Part shown: positions 1 through 9,615 of the stretch, in pieces | Position numbering within the stretch: the first letter of the stretch is position 1 | Layout: the number at the start of each line of letters is the position of its first letter | Source: Nitrospirota bacterium | GTDB lineage: Bacteria; Nitrospirota; UBA9217 | Direction of reading: 5' to 3' | NCBI GenBank assembly: GCA_963749655.1 | Contig: CAVVOB010000020.1 | Coordinates: 100,961-164,960 of the forward strand | DNA: 64,000 nucleotides | Notes under the pieces: generated by a model | The model's database searches: none | What the model saw: only the letters and a program-made list of their open reading frames with translations | Told to the model about the DNA's origin: nothing | Position numbers and translations under genes: made by a program

Positions 1-4
1 GGCA

Positions 5-2107
5 TTACCCCTTTACAATCCGGCAAAGCAGCCCCCTGAGCTGGTATGACCCAAAGGCCGGGTCATAGGGCGGCGCATTGTTTGTCAGCACGTTTGCATT
101 GGAATCGAAGATTCCGTGCTCAGGCCCTGGTTTTTCAGGGAACCACCAGCCGTGCTCGACATTGATGACTCCCGGAGCGATGTCCTCGGTTACGAGGGCT
201 TTCATTCTTATGCTGCCCCGGGGCGAGGTGATCACGACGTCGTCTCCGTGAACGATGCCGTGCCTGGCTGCAATGTCCGGGTGCAGCTCCACCTGAGGGT
301 CGGGGCGCTGCTTCCTGAGGGACTTGATCTGCCGGTGCTCGCTGTGGAAAAATTCGCGCCGCCTGCTGCCCGTGGTCAGCACATAGGGAAACTCTTCGGC
401 GAGCTTCGGCGCCGAGACCGGACTTTCGGGCGGCTCGACAAAGGACGGAAGCGGATCGTAGCCCAGACGCTCCAGCGACTTGCAGTAGAGCTCCACTTTC
501 CGCGACGGCGTGCGGAAGCCCTTCTTCTCGAACTTCCGGTACTCGTGGGGCGGATAGTGGAACACCTTCTCCTTCAGCTCGTCGTAGGTGATCCCGAGGG
601 GCTCCAGCTGATAGTTCATCACATCGCGAAGGTTCTCTTCGCTGCCGGGAAGGCCGAGCCTTTTCGAAAGCTCGTCCATGATCCATTCATCCTGCCTGCA
701 TTCAGCGCGCTGCACCATCTTGCGCTGCGCCATGACCATGTTCTCAACCACCAGAGGGTAGCCGATCACCTGCTCGACCTCGGGGCCGAAGGCAGCGGGA
801 AGAACGTAGTCCGCCATGGCTGCCGAAGGCGTCATGAACAGGTCGGTCGCCACGAGAAGGTCGAGCTTTTGGAGACTTTCATGGACCTCGCGGGAGTTGG
901 CCACCGTGGCAAGGGGATTGTTGCCGAAGAGCATGAGCGTCCTGATGCGGTAGGGGTCGCCGGTCCTCATTGCCCGGTACAGAGCGGGGATATGGGCCGA
1001 GGGCATGAAGGCCCGCCATCCGCCGAGGAGCTTGTACTGCTCTCCGCCGAGCCGCTTCTTGAGCATGCCTTCGGGAAGCTTTTCCTTCAGCGTGGGGTAG
1101 GCGCGGATGATGTTCATGCCCAGGATGTCGCCCCCGGGCACGTCGATATTGCCGGTCAATGCCCGCAGGAGCGAGACCGCCCTGACGGTCTGGAGGGAAT
1201 TGACATTCTGTTCGATGGCAAGGCCCCATTCGAGGATTGCCGGCTTGTTCGTGGCATAGGTCCGGGCCGCCTGCGCGATGTCCGCTGCCTTGACCCAGGT
1301 GATCTTCTCGGCCCAGGCAGGCGTGCAGGTCGAAACGCGGGCCTTGAGCTCGTCGAATCCCACGGTCCACTTCCCGACGAATTCCCTGTCAAAGAGGTCT
1401 TCCGCTATGATCGTGTTAATCATGGCAAGCGCCAGGGCCGCATCCGTGCCCGGCCGCACCGGCAGCCACAGCTTGCACCGCTTGCCCGTCTCGGACCTGC
1501 GCGGGTCCACGCTGATCCCGATGCTGCCTGCGTCGAGCGCCCGTTGTGCCGCGATGGACAGCTCGCCGTCAGGGCTGGACACAATGGGGTTGTGGCCCCA
1601 GAAGAGTATGCATTTGGGTTTGACATCGCCGTAGTAGTCGCCCACAACGAAACCGCCGTAGGTCAGGTTGCTCACGGTGATGCGCGGGATGAAGCAGTTG
1701 GCGAGACCGGGCTCGTACCAGTTCGGCGTCCCCAGGGCATTCGCGAACCGCACGGTGTGCATGTAATGGTGCCTGCCCGTTCCCTGTCCCAGGGCAATGG
1801 ATTCGGGACCCGTCTCTTTCCGGATCCCATCAAGGCGCGCTGCGATCTCTCCGAGCGCTTCGTCCCAGGTGATCCGTTCCCAGTTCCCTTCGCCGCGCTG
1901 GCCCTTTCTGCGAAGGGGGTACTCGAGCCGGTCCGGATGGTTCGCGATCTCGGGAGTTGCCAGGCCCTTCACGCACATCCAGCCCCGGCTCATGGGAGAC
2001 GCGGGGTCGCCCTTGACCGCCTTGACCTTTCCGTCCGCGATCGTCACGGCCATGCCGCATCCGCCATGGCAGATTCTGCAAACGCTTCTCAAGACCTGCT
2101 CGGTCAT
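5..2107 (-). CDS. Molybdopterin (bis-MGD) oxidoreductase, acetylene hydratase-like subfamily
   Basis: N-terminal CRICHGGC...C 4Fe-4S motif, WERITWDEAL, PGTDAAL, DLFMTPSA, C-terminal molydop_binding domain. Start MTEQV at 2107 overlaps the upstream stop (ATGA). No Tat signal. Confidence 0.85.
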   Translation of the reverse strand: MTEQVLRSVCRICHGGCGMAVTIADGKVKAVKGDPASPMSRGWMCVKGLATPEIANHPDRLEYPLRRKGQRGEGNWERITWDEALGEIAARLDGIRKETGPESIALGQGTGRHHYMHTVRFANALGTPNWYEPGLANCFIPRITVSNLTYGGFVVGDYYGDVKPKCILFWGHNPIVSSPDGELSIAAQRALDAGSIGISVDPRRSETGKRCKLWLPVRPGTDAALALAMINTIIAEDLFDREFVGKWTVGFDELKARVSTCTPAWAEKITWVKAADIAQAARTYATNKPAILEWGLAIEQNVNSLQTVRAVSLLRALTGNIDVPGGDILGMNIIRAYPTLKEKLPEGMLKKRLGGEQYKLLGGWRAFMPSAHIPALYRAMRTGDPYRIRTLMLFGNNPLATVANSREVHESLQKLDLLVATDLFMTPSAAMADYVLPAAFGPEVEQVIGYPLVVENMVMAQRKMVQRAECRQDEWIMDELSKRLGLPGSEENLRDVMNYQLEPLGITYDELKEKVFHYPPHEYRKFEKKGFRTPSRKVELYCKSLERLGYDPLPSFVEPPESPVSAPKLAEEFPYVLTTGSRRREFFHSEHRQIKSLRKQRPDPQVELHPDIAARHGIVHGDDVVITSPRGSIRMKALVTEDIAPGVINVEHGWWFPEKPGPEHGIFDSNANVLTNNAPPYDPAFGSYQLRGLLCRIVKG

Positions 2108-3108
2108 GATCCGCTCCTTTCGAGCTTTCGGCCCTGCTCCCGGCGAAGAATTCCCCAGAGGAATCCCGACCCGAGTGAGGCGGCCCTGATCGAAAGGAAG
2201 AACGGAGAAAGGAGACCCACGACCGGGTCGCGTCTGAGCGCCAGGAGAGCAAAAGGGGCCATCGTGAGGCAGTAGAAAATTACGGCTGCTGTAAGAGGAT
2301 ATGCGAAGGCGCCGGGCCACAGCGAGAACGCCGGCACCATGGCGAAGCAGAGGAAGAGAAAGAGGATCTGGAGCTTGAGGGTCTGGGGCGTGTAGGAGTC
2401 TTTCATCATCTTGTCCGGATACCTGCGGTAGACCACCATCCGCCAGTAGCCGCGGGAAAATTTGAGGCGGGCATAACGTGCTACCGTCGCCGGATGGTTC
2501 AGGTGACAGACGACGGCAGCAGGATTGAAGACCATCTTCCGGCCCATGCGCGAGAGCTTGTAGGAGAGTTCGGTGTCCTCGTTGTTCGCAACGGGAAAGG
2601 ATTCGTCGAACCCGCCGACGCTGTGAAAGACCTCGCGCCGATAGGCCGCTGAATAGGTGTCCACCATGTCGATGGAGGGGGCGTGTTTCAGCATCTCGAA
2701 GCGCTCCTCGAACTCGACCTGGGCGAAACGGGCCGTGAGGGAGTGCTGGTTCGTCCGGTAGGCGCCTTTGACCGCGACCACCTCGGGGTCAACAAAGGGC
2801 CTCGTCATCTCGGCGATCCAGTCGTGAGCGGGGACGCAGTCCGAATCGGTGAACAGGATGATCTCCCCGTGTGCTTCGCGGCTGCCGTGGTTTCGCGCTG
2901 CGGCAGGTCCTCTGTTCGCCTGGTGAAAATAGCGGACGGGAAACGTCTTCACGATCTCCGCGGTGTTGTCAATTGATCCGTCGTCCACGACGAGGACCTC
3001 GTACTGCGATGCAGCGATCGACTGGCGGGTGAGCGCCTGCAGGCACTGCGTCACGGTCTTGCCGGCATTGTACGCCGGTACGATCACGGAATAGCGGACA
3101 GCGGTCAT
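2104..3108 (-). CDS. Glycosyltransferase family 2 with C-terminal TM helices
   Basis: SVIVPAYN, VVDDGS, GPAAARN, FTDSD and GGFDESF...EDTEL motifs. Confidence 0.92.
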   Translation of the reverse strand: MTAVRYSVIVPAYNAGKTVTQCLQALTRQSIAASQYEVLVVDDGSIDNTAEIVKTFPVRYFHQANRGPAAARNHGSREAHGEIILFTDSDCVPAHDWIAEMTRPFVDPEVVAVKGAYRTNQHSLTARFAQVEFEERFEMLKHAPSIDMVDTYSAAYRREVFHSVGGFDESFPVANNEDTELSYKLSRMGRKMVFNPAAVVCHLNHPATVARYARLKFSRGYWRMVVYRRYPDKMMKDSYTPQTLKLQILFLFLCFAMVPAFSLWPGAFAYPLTAAVIFYCLTMAPFALLALRRDPVVGLLSPFFLSIRAASLGSGFLWGILRREQGRKLERSGS

Positions 3109-4605
3109 GCTTTCTGCCTCACGAACAGTTCTTGCACGATCCGTCGGATTTCGTCACATCCGAGCCCTTGATCAGATACTTCAAGAAGGTCCGGGCCGAC
3201 TTGACGGTCCGTCTTCATCTCCGCGGGGTCCTTGAGCGCCTGCTTCAGCTTGTACCACACGTAGCCGGGCCTCAGGTAGAACTCCCTGCGCGCGTGATCG
3301 CAGAACCGGACGAGGTCTTCCGACGTAAGCGCTTCGGTCCGAACCACGGTGTTGTGGAGCCCCGCCGGGGTGATCCACTGGGAGAAGTCCTTGGTCGTGA
3401 TCAGCCCGCGCTCCTGGTACCAGCGGTAGGCCGCGGTGCCGGGATAGACCATGATGGGGTAGAACTGGACCGTGTCCGGGCTCAGTCGCTTCGCGAGCTC
3501 CAGGGTCTGCTCCATGGTCTCCCGCGTCTCGCCGGGATGGCCCACCATGAAGCAGCCGTGGACCAGGATGCCCGCCTTCTTCGCGTCCGCCACGAACTGC
3601 GGCATGCGGTCGACGGTGATCTTTTTCTTGATGTTCTCGAGCAGCATCGGGCTTCCGCTCTCGAAGCCCACGCACATGCACCGGCAGCCGGCGGCCTTCA
3701 TGATCTTCATGGTCTCGTAATCGAGGTCCGCCCGGGCATTGATGGTCCAGGAAATTTTTATATTGCGCCTGATGATCTCCTCGGAGATCTCGATGCAGCG
3801 TTTTTTGATCGCCGCAAAGGTGTCGTCCTCGAAGAACACGGACTTCACGCCCGGGAAGTTCTTGATGATGTACTCCACCTCATCCACCACGTTCTTGACG
3901 CTCCGCAGCCGCACGCGGTGGCCCATCATGGTCTGGGGGTAGACGCAGAAGATGCACTGGAAGGGGCAGCCCCGGCTCGTGGTGATCGTCACCATGGGGA
4001 AGAGGGCATTGGGGTTGAAGTACTTTTCGAAGTTCAGGAACTTCCTGTACATGGCGCTCACGAAGGGGATCCGGTCCAGGTCCTCGATGGGCGGGCGGGC
4101 AGCGGTCGCGATCGACGCCTCCGTTTTGGCGCAGCATCAGGCCCGCCACCGCGCCGGGTGCGCCCTTTTTCGCGAGCGTATCAGCGAGCTCGAGCAGGGT
4201 GTCGTCGTATTCGCCGCGGGCGACGGCGTCCACCTTGTCGCTGATCTTGAGCGTTTCCTCGGGCAGGGCCGAAACGTGGGTGCCGACGAGCACCACGAAG
4301 GACGCGGGAAAGGCATCCTTGAGCGCGGCGGCGACGCTCACGTCGTTGGCGATGCTCGGCGTGCTCGTGTCCACCACGATCAGGCCGGGCTGGAACTTCT
4401 TCGCCCGCTCCATGACGTAATCGAGATCGCGGTCGTCGGCAGGCGCGTCGATCAGGTCCACGGGGTGCCCTTTGCTTTCGAGCAGGCCCGCTGCGGAGGC
4501 GAGCCACATGGGGAAGTAGAGCGTGCCGCTCTTGGTCACTGCGGGGCTCCGCTGGGAACGGGAGAAATTTTTCAAAAACGGCGGATTCAGGAAGAGTACG
4601 TTCAT
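3105..4605 (-). CDS. B12-binding radical SAM protein, HpnJ-like (split by indel near 4110, possibly a second near 3210)
   Basis: N-terminus MNVLFLNPP...LYFPMWLA in ORF 3880-4806 and RGCPFQCIFC in the frame of ORF 3105-4061; the halves are contiguous. ATGA overlap with the DUF362 gene. Confidence 0.85.
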
Positions 4606-5840
4606 TCGGTGACCTTTCGTGTTATGGCGTCGTATTGTTTTAACTGGTCTGCCAGAAATCCGAGCGTGCCGCGAAATTCGATGGCCCGGGTCGGGCAGAC
4701 GAGAAAGCAGTATTGGCAGGCGATGCAGTTTTTGTCGGTGAGCCCTGCGGGAAGGTCGAGGCCGATCGGGCAATAGTCCTTGCACCGCGTGCAGCCGGTC
4801 CTGCATTTGTCGGCGTGGAAGCGGAAGCCCTCGAACTGCATCTCGCTGGGAATGAAATTGTCCTGCCGCAGGCCGGACCGGAACAGGAGATAGCCGAAGG
4901 CCCTGGTGGAGGCCAGGTAGGTGAAGAACCGCGTGTTGCGGACGGCGAGAAAATACTTCTGCCGCTTGGGGCTGTGCACGAACGCCGCCAGCGGGTTCGC
5001 GACCGGTTTTTTGAACGTCCTGGCTATCCCTTCCACGTCAAGACTGTCCACGTAGGCCTTGTGCTCGTTGGTAAGGAGCCCCGCCTCCTCGGCGTAACTG
5101 AGCGTGCGCACGTTGCGGTAGTCGAACCGGGCCGCCTTGGCGCAGGCAAGGTCGATCAAATAGGGGTCCGTGCCGACCATGATGAAGCCCGTGTTCACCG
5201 GCGTGCCGCGCGTGGGACCCAGGCCTTCCATGGAGATCAGGCCGTCGACGATGTGCAGGTGCGGCTTGAGCGCGCGGTTGATGTTCACGATGTTCCGCGC
5301 CAGGCTCTGGTGCACTTTTTTCTTGTTCTCCTGCCCGACGAGGCATCCCATCAGGTTCTTGAGACAGACACTCATGCCGTTCTCGAAGTGGGTCTTCACC
5401 TTGGGCAGGTTTATCAGGAGGGCTGCGTCCGCGCACTCCCGCGCGATGCCGGCCGTGATGCCGTCCTCAAAGGGGACCTGCACGCGCTCGGAATAGTTCA
5501 GGTCCCTGACGCTGACGCCGTAGAAACGGGCAAGCTTGTCCACCACGAGCCGGGAGATGACGTTGATGTTGCTGCGGTAAAAGCCGCTGTTCGTTCCCTC
5601 GCCGACGGTGATGTTGCCGTACCCCTCGTCCTTCAGGAACTCGATGACCGCGCCGAGCAGCCGCAGGTCCGTCGTATTCCCGGTCAGGGCGTTCATGTTG
5701 CTGTTGAGGTTCGGCTTCAGGAGAATAGGCGCCTGCTTGTCGCGCGGCAGCAGGTCGCGGTAGCCCCGGCCGAGCGTTTCCCTGACGCCGGCCCTGATCT
5801 CGGCCGTCTTCTTTGCCCGGATGATGTCAAGTCTGAACAT
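4602..5840 (-). CDS. DUF362 domain protein with C-terminal 2x[4Fe-4S] ferredoxin
   Basis: LLKPNL, INLPKVKTH, CLKNLMG, IVDGLISMEGLGP; C-terminal CRTGCTRCKDYCP and CIACQYCFLVCP. Confidence 0.85.
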   Translation of the reverse strand: MFRLDIIRAKKTAEIRAGVRETLGRGYRDLLPRDKQAPILLKPNLNSNMNALTGNTTDLRLLGAVIEFLKDEGYGNITVGEGTNSGFYRSNINVISRLVVDKLARFYGVSVRDLNYSERVQVPFEDGITAGIARECADAALLINLPKVKTHFENGMSVCLKNLMGCLVGQENKKKVHQSLARNIVNINRALKPHLHIVDGLISMEGLGPTRGTPVNTGFIMVGTDPYLIDLACAKAARFDYRNVRTLSYAEEAGLLTNEHKAYVDSLDVEGIARTFKKPVANPLAAFVHSPKRQKYFLAVRNTRFFTYLASTRAFGYLLFRSGLRQDNFIPSEMQFEGFRFHADKCRTGCTRCKDYCPIGLDLPAGLTDKNCIACQYCFLVCPTRAIEFRGTLGFLADQLKQYDAITRKVTE

Positions 5841-6988
5841 GGATAGCCTTGCTCCTTGTGATGATGTCCGCCACCGCCCGGAACGCGTCGTCCACGGTGA
5901 GGTCCTGCATGCAGGCGTTGTGCCGCTCGAACGTGCAGCTGCTCTCGTCGCAGGTGGTGCGGCAGGGAAAGTCCTTTTCCACGACGCAGTGGCCTTCGCC
6001 GTACGGGCCGGTCTCGATGCTCTTGGACGGGCCGAAGAGCGCCACGGTCGGCGTCTTCATGGCCGCGGCGATGTGCATGGGCCCGCTGTCGTTGCAGATG
6101 AACACCGACGCCCTGGCGAGAACGCCCGCCATCTCGCGCAGGTTCAGGAGGCCGGCGAGGGAGATCGGGCTGTACTGCATTCCCCGGATCATTTCCTCCA
6201 CGACCGCCCTTTCGTCAGGCGCGCCGAACATCACGCACCGGCAGCTTCAACCGGTCGGCAAGGGCGTCGGCCAGTTCGCCGTATCGCGCCATCGGCCACC
6301 GCTTGAGCGCAAGCCTGCTGCCGGGGTGCATCGCGATGAACGGCGGCTTGAAGCCGTATTTCGACAGGACCCCCTCGACGCGCCGCTTCTCCGCATCGGT
6401 CAGGTAGACGCCCCATTCGAGGTCAGTGCCGCGGTATCCGAGGTAGCGGGCGATGTCGAGATGATATTCGACCTTGTGCTTCAAACCGGGATAGGGGACG
6501 CGGTGGGTCAGCAGATAGCCGCCTCCGCCCACGTTGTAGCTCACCCGATAGTGCGCCTTGATGCGCCAGGCGAGAAGCAGGATGTCCCTGATGTCGCCCC
6601 GCGCTTCGATCACGAGGTCGAAGGTCCGCGTCTTCATGTCCCTGATGAATTTTCCGTACCCCGCCATCGGGGAGGGATAGAACCAGAAGGGGCTGTAGGG
6701 AATCACTTCGTCCACATAAGGATTGTTCTTCAGCACGTCGACCGCGCCGTTTGCCGTCAGGAACGATATCCGCGCGCCCGGAAAGAGCTCCTTCAACGGT
6801 TTCAGGACCGGCAGGGTCATGACCACGTCGCCGATGTAGGCGGTGCGGATCACGAGGATGCTGCGGACCTCCTCGGGCCTGATCTTCTCCGTCTTCCGGA
6901 AGAGCCGCGGCAGGGCAAAGAGCAGATGGCCGAGAACATCAGCGGCGGCGGTCGCTACGAGCTTCTTTTTGTTTATGATCTTGTACAT
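5827..6988 (-). CDS. Glycosyltransferase family 9 (heptosyltransferase-like), split by indel near 6236
   Basis: IGDVVMTLP and HPGS...KRWP in the 5' ORF; NDSGPMHIAAA...ALFGPS in the 3' ORF. Confidence 0.88.
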
Positions 6989-7833
6989 GGTTTCGCCACA
7001 TCGAGCAGATATTCGAGGATCCTTGCCTTCCGGTCGCTTGCCCGGGGGACCCAGTGGAAGGCCTCGGGCTGTTTCTCATCGACATAGGTGTTCCCGGGAT
7101 TCTCATTGCATTTCGTCCACGCCGCCTTGCCGCGCGTCGCCAGGTTCAGGAGTTCCGCTGCATGGCCCTTGTAAGCGCCCTGCATGTGGTCCTCCTCGCC
7201 CTGGTAGCGGAAGTACCCGCAGGGCACCGCGCCGATGAAGCGGGAAGGTTCCCGATCACGCCAGAAGCCGTCGTTGGACGTCGGGAAGCCCTTGAGCGGC
7301 TTGTGCGTGTCGTTCTTCGTGATGTTGAACCTGTTCGAAGGGCCCTCCCAGTCGAAAAGGTACTGAACCGGCAGCGGGAAGCGCGCCAGGGCGCCTGCGG
7401 CAATAGCTATCCCGATCGAGAACGAGAGAATCCCGATGTTGCCGGCATCGACGGAAACGGACCCGGACATATGCTCGACCACGGCTGCAAGCTCCTCCTG
7501 GTGCCGGGGACCCCAGAAATCTTCTTCACCGCCGGTCCTTCCCCTCCCCAGGGGGTCATAGTGAAGAACGGCGAACCCCAGCGCGGCGACATCGTCGGCC
7601 GTGACTTCCGTGTCTCCGTCATAATCCGTCCCCGAGCTGCCTCCTCCGGGCACGAACACGATGCCCGGATATCTGCCCGGAGAAACGGGGCGGTGCAGGT
7701 GGGCGTAGATCTTCGGTCCGCGTTGACGGTCGATCCAGACTTGGTCGAACGTCGTTGCAGCGATGGAATATCCCGGCATGCCCTCGAAAACATGGGGTCT
7801 GGTCCGGCGGAAGAATCGCTGGAGGAACTTCAT
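6973..7833 (-). CDS. Alpha/beta-hydrolase fold protein
   Basis: PGIVFVPGG, LHYDPLGRGRTGG, nucleophile elbow LSFSIG. Confidence 0.75.
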   Translation of the reverse strand: MKFLQRFFRRTRPHVFEGMPGYSIAATTFDQVWIDRQRGPKIYAHLHRPVSPGRYPGIVFVPGGGSSGTDYDGDTEVTADDVAALGFAVLHYDPLGRGRTGGEEDFWGPRHQEELAAVVEHMSGSVSVDAGNIGILSFSIGIAIAAGALARFPLPVQYLFDWEGPSNRFNITKNDTHKPLKGFPTSNDGFWRDREPSRFIGAVPCGYFRYQGEEDHMQGAYKGHAAELLNLATRGKAAWTKCNENPGNTYVDEKQPEAFHWVPRASDRKARILEYLLDVAKPCTRS

Positions 7834-7849
7834 GATTCTTGCTGTCCTT

Positions 7850-8851
7850 TTATTCCCGTGAGCTCCGCACCTGCTTTCCTTGTGCGCGCATCGGCGGGGG
7901 GGGAGGTGCGGGTTTGCTCTGCGGCCCTTCGATCAGGCAGCCTGTGCAGAGGCGGTCAAGAAAATGCATCCACCCCGGGAATCCGGTTATCCGCTGCTCC
8001 AGTCTCCTGACGAATTGTGCCGTAATATCCCTCGCCCTTTCTTCACCGCTGCCGGACGATGTCAGCGGGCGCTCGATAATGATCCGATAGGTTTTTTTTT
8101 CACCGGGAACGATGAACAACGGCAGGATCTGAGCGCCCGTTTTGCCGGCAAGGATGGCGGGGCCGAGGGGGAAGGAGACCTTCTTGTCGAAGAACGGGAA
8201 GGTCTCGTGCTTTCCGACCTTGGTTTCCGTGCCGCTTCCGTCGCCGGTTATCATGATGACCCCGTTGCCCTTGAGCCAGCGGAAGGCGGAGCGCAGGAAA
8301 CCATCGGCCATGATGATCTCCGCGGGCATTTTCGCCTCATAGCTCATGCGCAGCCGGAACGCTACGTTCCTGCCGATCCAGCTCAGTCCCTCGTCGGTCG
8401 GCAGGCCTATCTGCTTCATGGGAAAGCCGAGCCGTGCGAGGGCAACCAGGGGCAGATGAACCGGCCCGAAATGGCCGTGAACCAGGATCGCCCCCTTGCC
8501 GCCTTGAAGCGCATCCCGTAAATACCCCAGGTTCTCGATCTCGGCGAACCGCTCCGTCTCGCCGACGCCGAACCTGGGAAAAATGAAGATCAGGAGGTGG
8601 TCCACGTAATGATTCCGGAAGTACTGCCGCACTGCGTCCTCAGCCTCCCGTGGGGCCAGGGTCGGAAGCATGAGACCCAGGTTTTCGCGGAGACGCTTCC
8701 TTGATCCCCGGGCCGCGGTGTAGTGCAGGTCGCCCATCAACGAAAGGAGGCCGATGCCCCAGCGGACGGGAATGATCGTCAGCACCCACCTGAGGGGATA
8801 CCACACGAGCAGACGAAGCATGTCCCGGGCAAAACTTTCACGTACCTGCAT
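7850..8851 (-). CDS. LpxL/HtrB-family (LPLAT) acyltransferase
   Basis: GKGAILVHGHFG, ITGDG, FPLGPAILAGKTGAQILP, PGWMHF. Confidence 0.85.
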   Translation of the reverse strand: MQVRESFARDMLRLLVWYPLRWVLTIIPVRWGIGLLSLMGDLHYTAARGSRKRLRENLGLMLPTLAPREAEDAVRQYFRNHYVDHLLIFIFPRFGVGETERFAEIENLGYLRDALQGGKGAILVHGHFGPVHLPLVALARLGFPMKQIGLPTDEGLSWIGRNVAFRLRMSYEAKMPAEIIMADGFLRSAFRWLKGNGVIMITGDGSGTETKVGKHETFPFFDKKVSFPLGPAILAGKTGAQILPLFIVPGEKKTYRIIIERPLTSSGSGEERARDITAQFVRRLEQRITGFPGWMHFLDRLCTGCLIEGPQSKPAPPPPPMRAQGKQVRSSRE

Positions 8852-9016
8852 TGCTGTTCACCGCCTTGTAACGACCTGACCACAAAGCTGCCTGCCGATA
8901 GAAATGCCGGACGGCCGCAGCGAGACTTCGCTGCTTGCCGTCCCTTGAGCGCGGAGCAGCGGCAGCTTTTTTGAAATGCTGCAACTGCGCGGATCGATGC
9001 TGCAGGCCCGCTCCGG

Positions 9017-9175
9017 CTAAAAGAGCGTATAGATGAACGGCGCGATGGCCGAACCCGACGTAAAGACGATCAGGGCGCTCAGCAGGAGGAGAAAGAGAAT
9101 GATGGGAAGGAGCCACCATTTTTTTCTCACTTTCAGGAAATCCCATATCTCGCGCAGTATCGACAGTTTGCCCAT
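9017..9175 (-). CDS. SxtK-like small membrane protein (DUF5989-like)
   Basis: 52 aa with RKKWWLLPI...APFIYTLF, GGGGGG RBS, typical position after carbamoyltransferase and SxtJ. Confidence 0.88.
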   Translation of the reverse strand: MGKLSILREIWDFLKVRKKWWLLPIILFLLLLSALIVFTSGSAIAPFIYTLF

Positions 9176-9185
9176 AAGCCCCCCC

Positions 9186-9608
9186 CTAAAATTGCTTTTT
9201 ATACTGTTCCCGGTCGTTGACCGCGGCATGGCTTTTCCAGTAGGTTGCAGAGCCTTTCTGGAGTTTTTTATCCAGCAGGTCCTTGCCCATGGCCCGGAGC
9301 ACTATTCCCAGGGGCGTCATGATCAGCGAAAAAGCCGCCGTCAGGACAACCCTGGTCATGACCCAGCCCATGACGAACGCAAGGCCCATCCACAGGCGAA
9401 AAAACCGGCTCAGCGCCGTGGGGACCAGCAGTCCTGCCAGGAGAAATCCCGCGCTTCCCGCAACAGACCACTTCCATCCCGGATTGCCCTTCCAGTACAT
9501 GACGCCGGCGGCCAGGGCGAAAACAACGCAAAAAAGCAGCCCAAAATCGCGTAATGCCTTGCGCGTCACGGCCAGGCCGGTTATTTCCTTTTTAATCTCC
9601 GCAAGCAT
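9186..9608 (-). CDS. SxtJ-family membrane protein
   Basis: LRDFGL, WMGLAFVMGWV...TPLG...GKDLL...TYW...QF signature. Confidence 0.88.
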   Translation of the reverse strand: MLAEIKKEITGLAVTRKALRDFGLLFCVVFALAAGVMYWKGNPGWKWSVAGSAGFLLAGLLVPTALSRFFRLWMGLAFVMGWVMTRVVLTAAFSLIMTPLGIVLRAMGKDLLDKKLQKGSATYWKSHAAVNDREQYKKQF

Positions 9609-9615
9609 GTTCACC

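Noticed and set aside
116-2275. Long antisense ORFs (also 28348-30084, 47764-49137, 57710-59818, 61042-62121)
   Set aside because: Shadow frames of GC-rich genes with no recognisable motifs.
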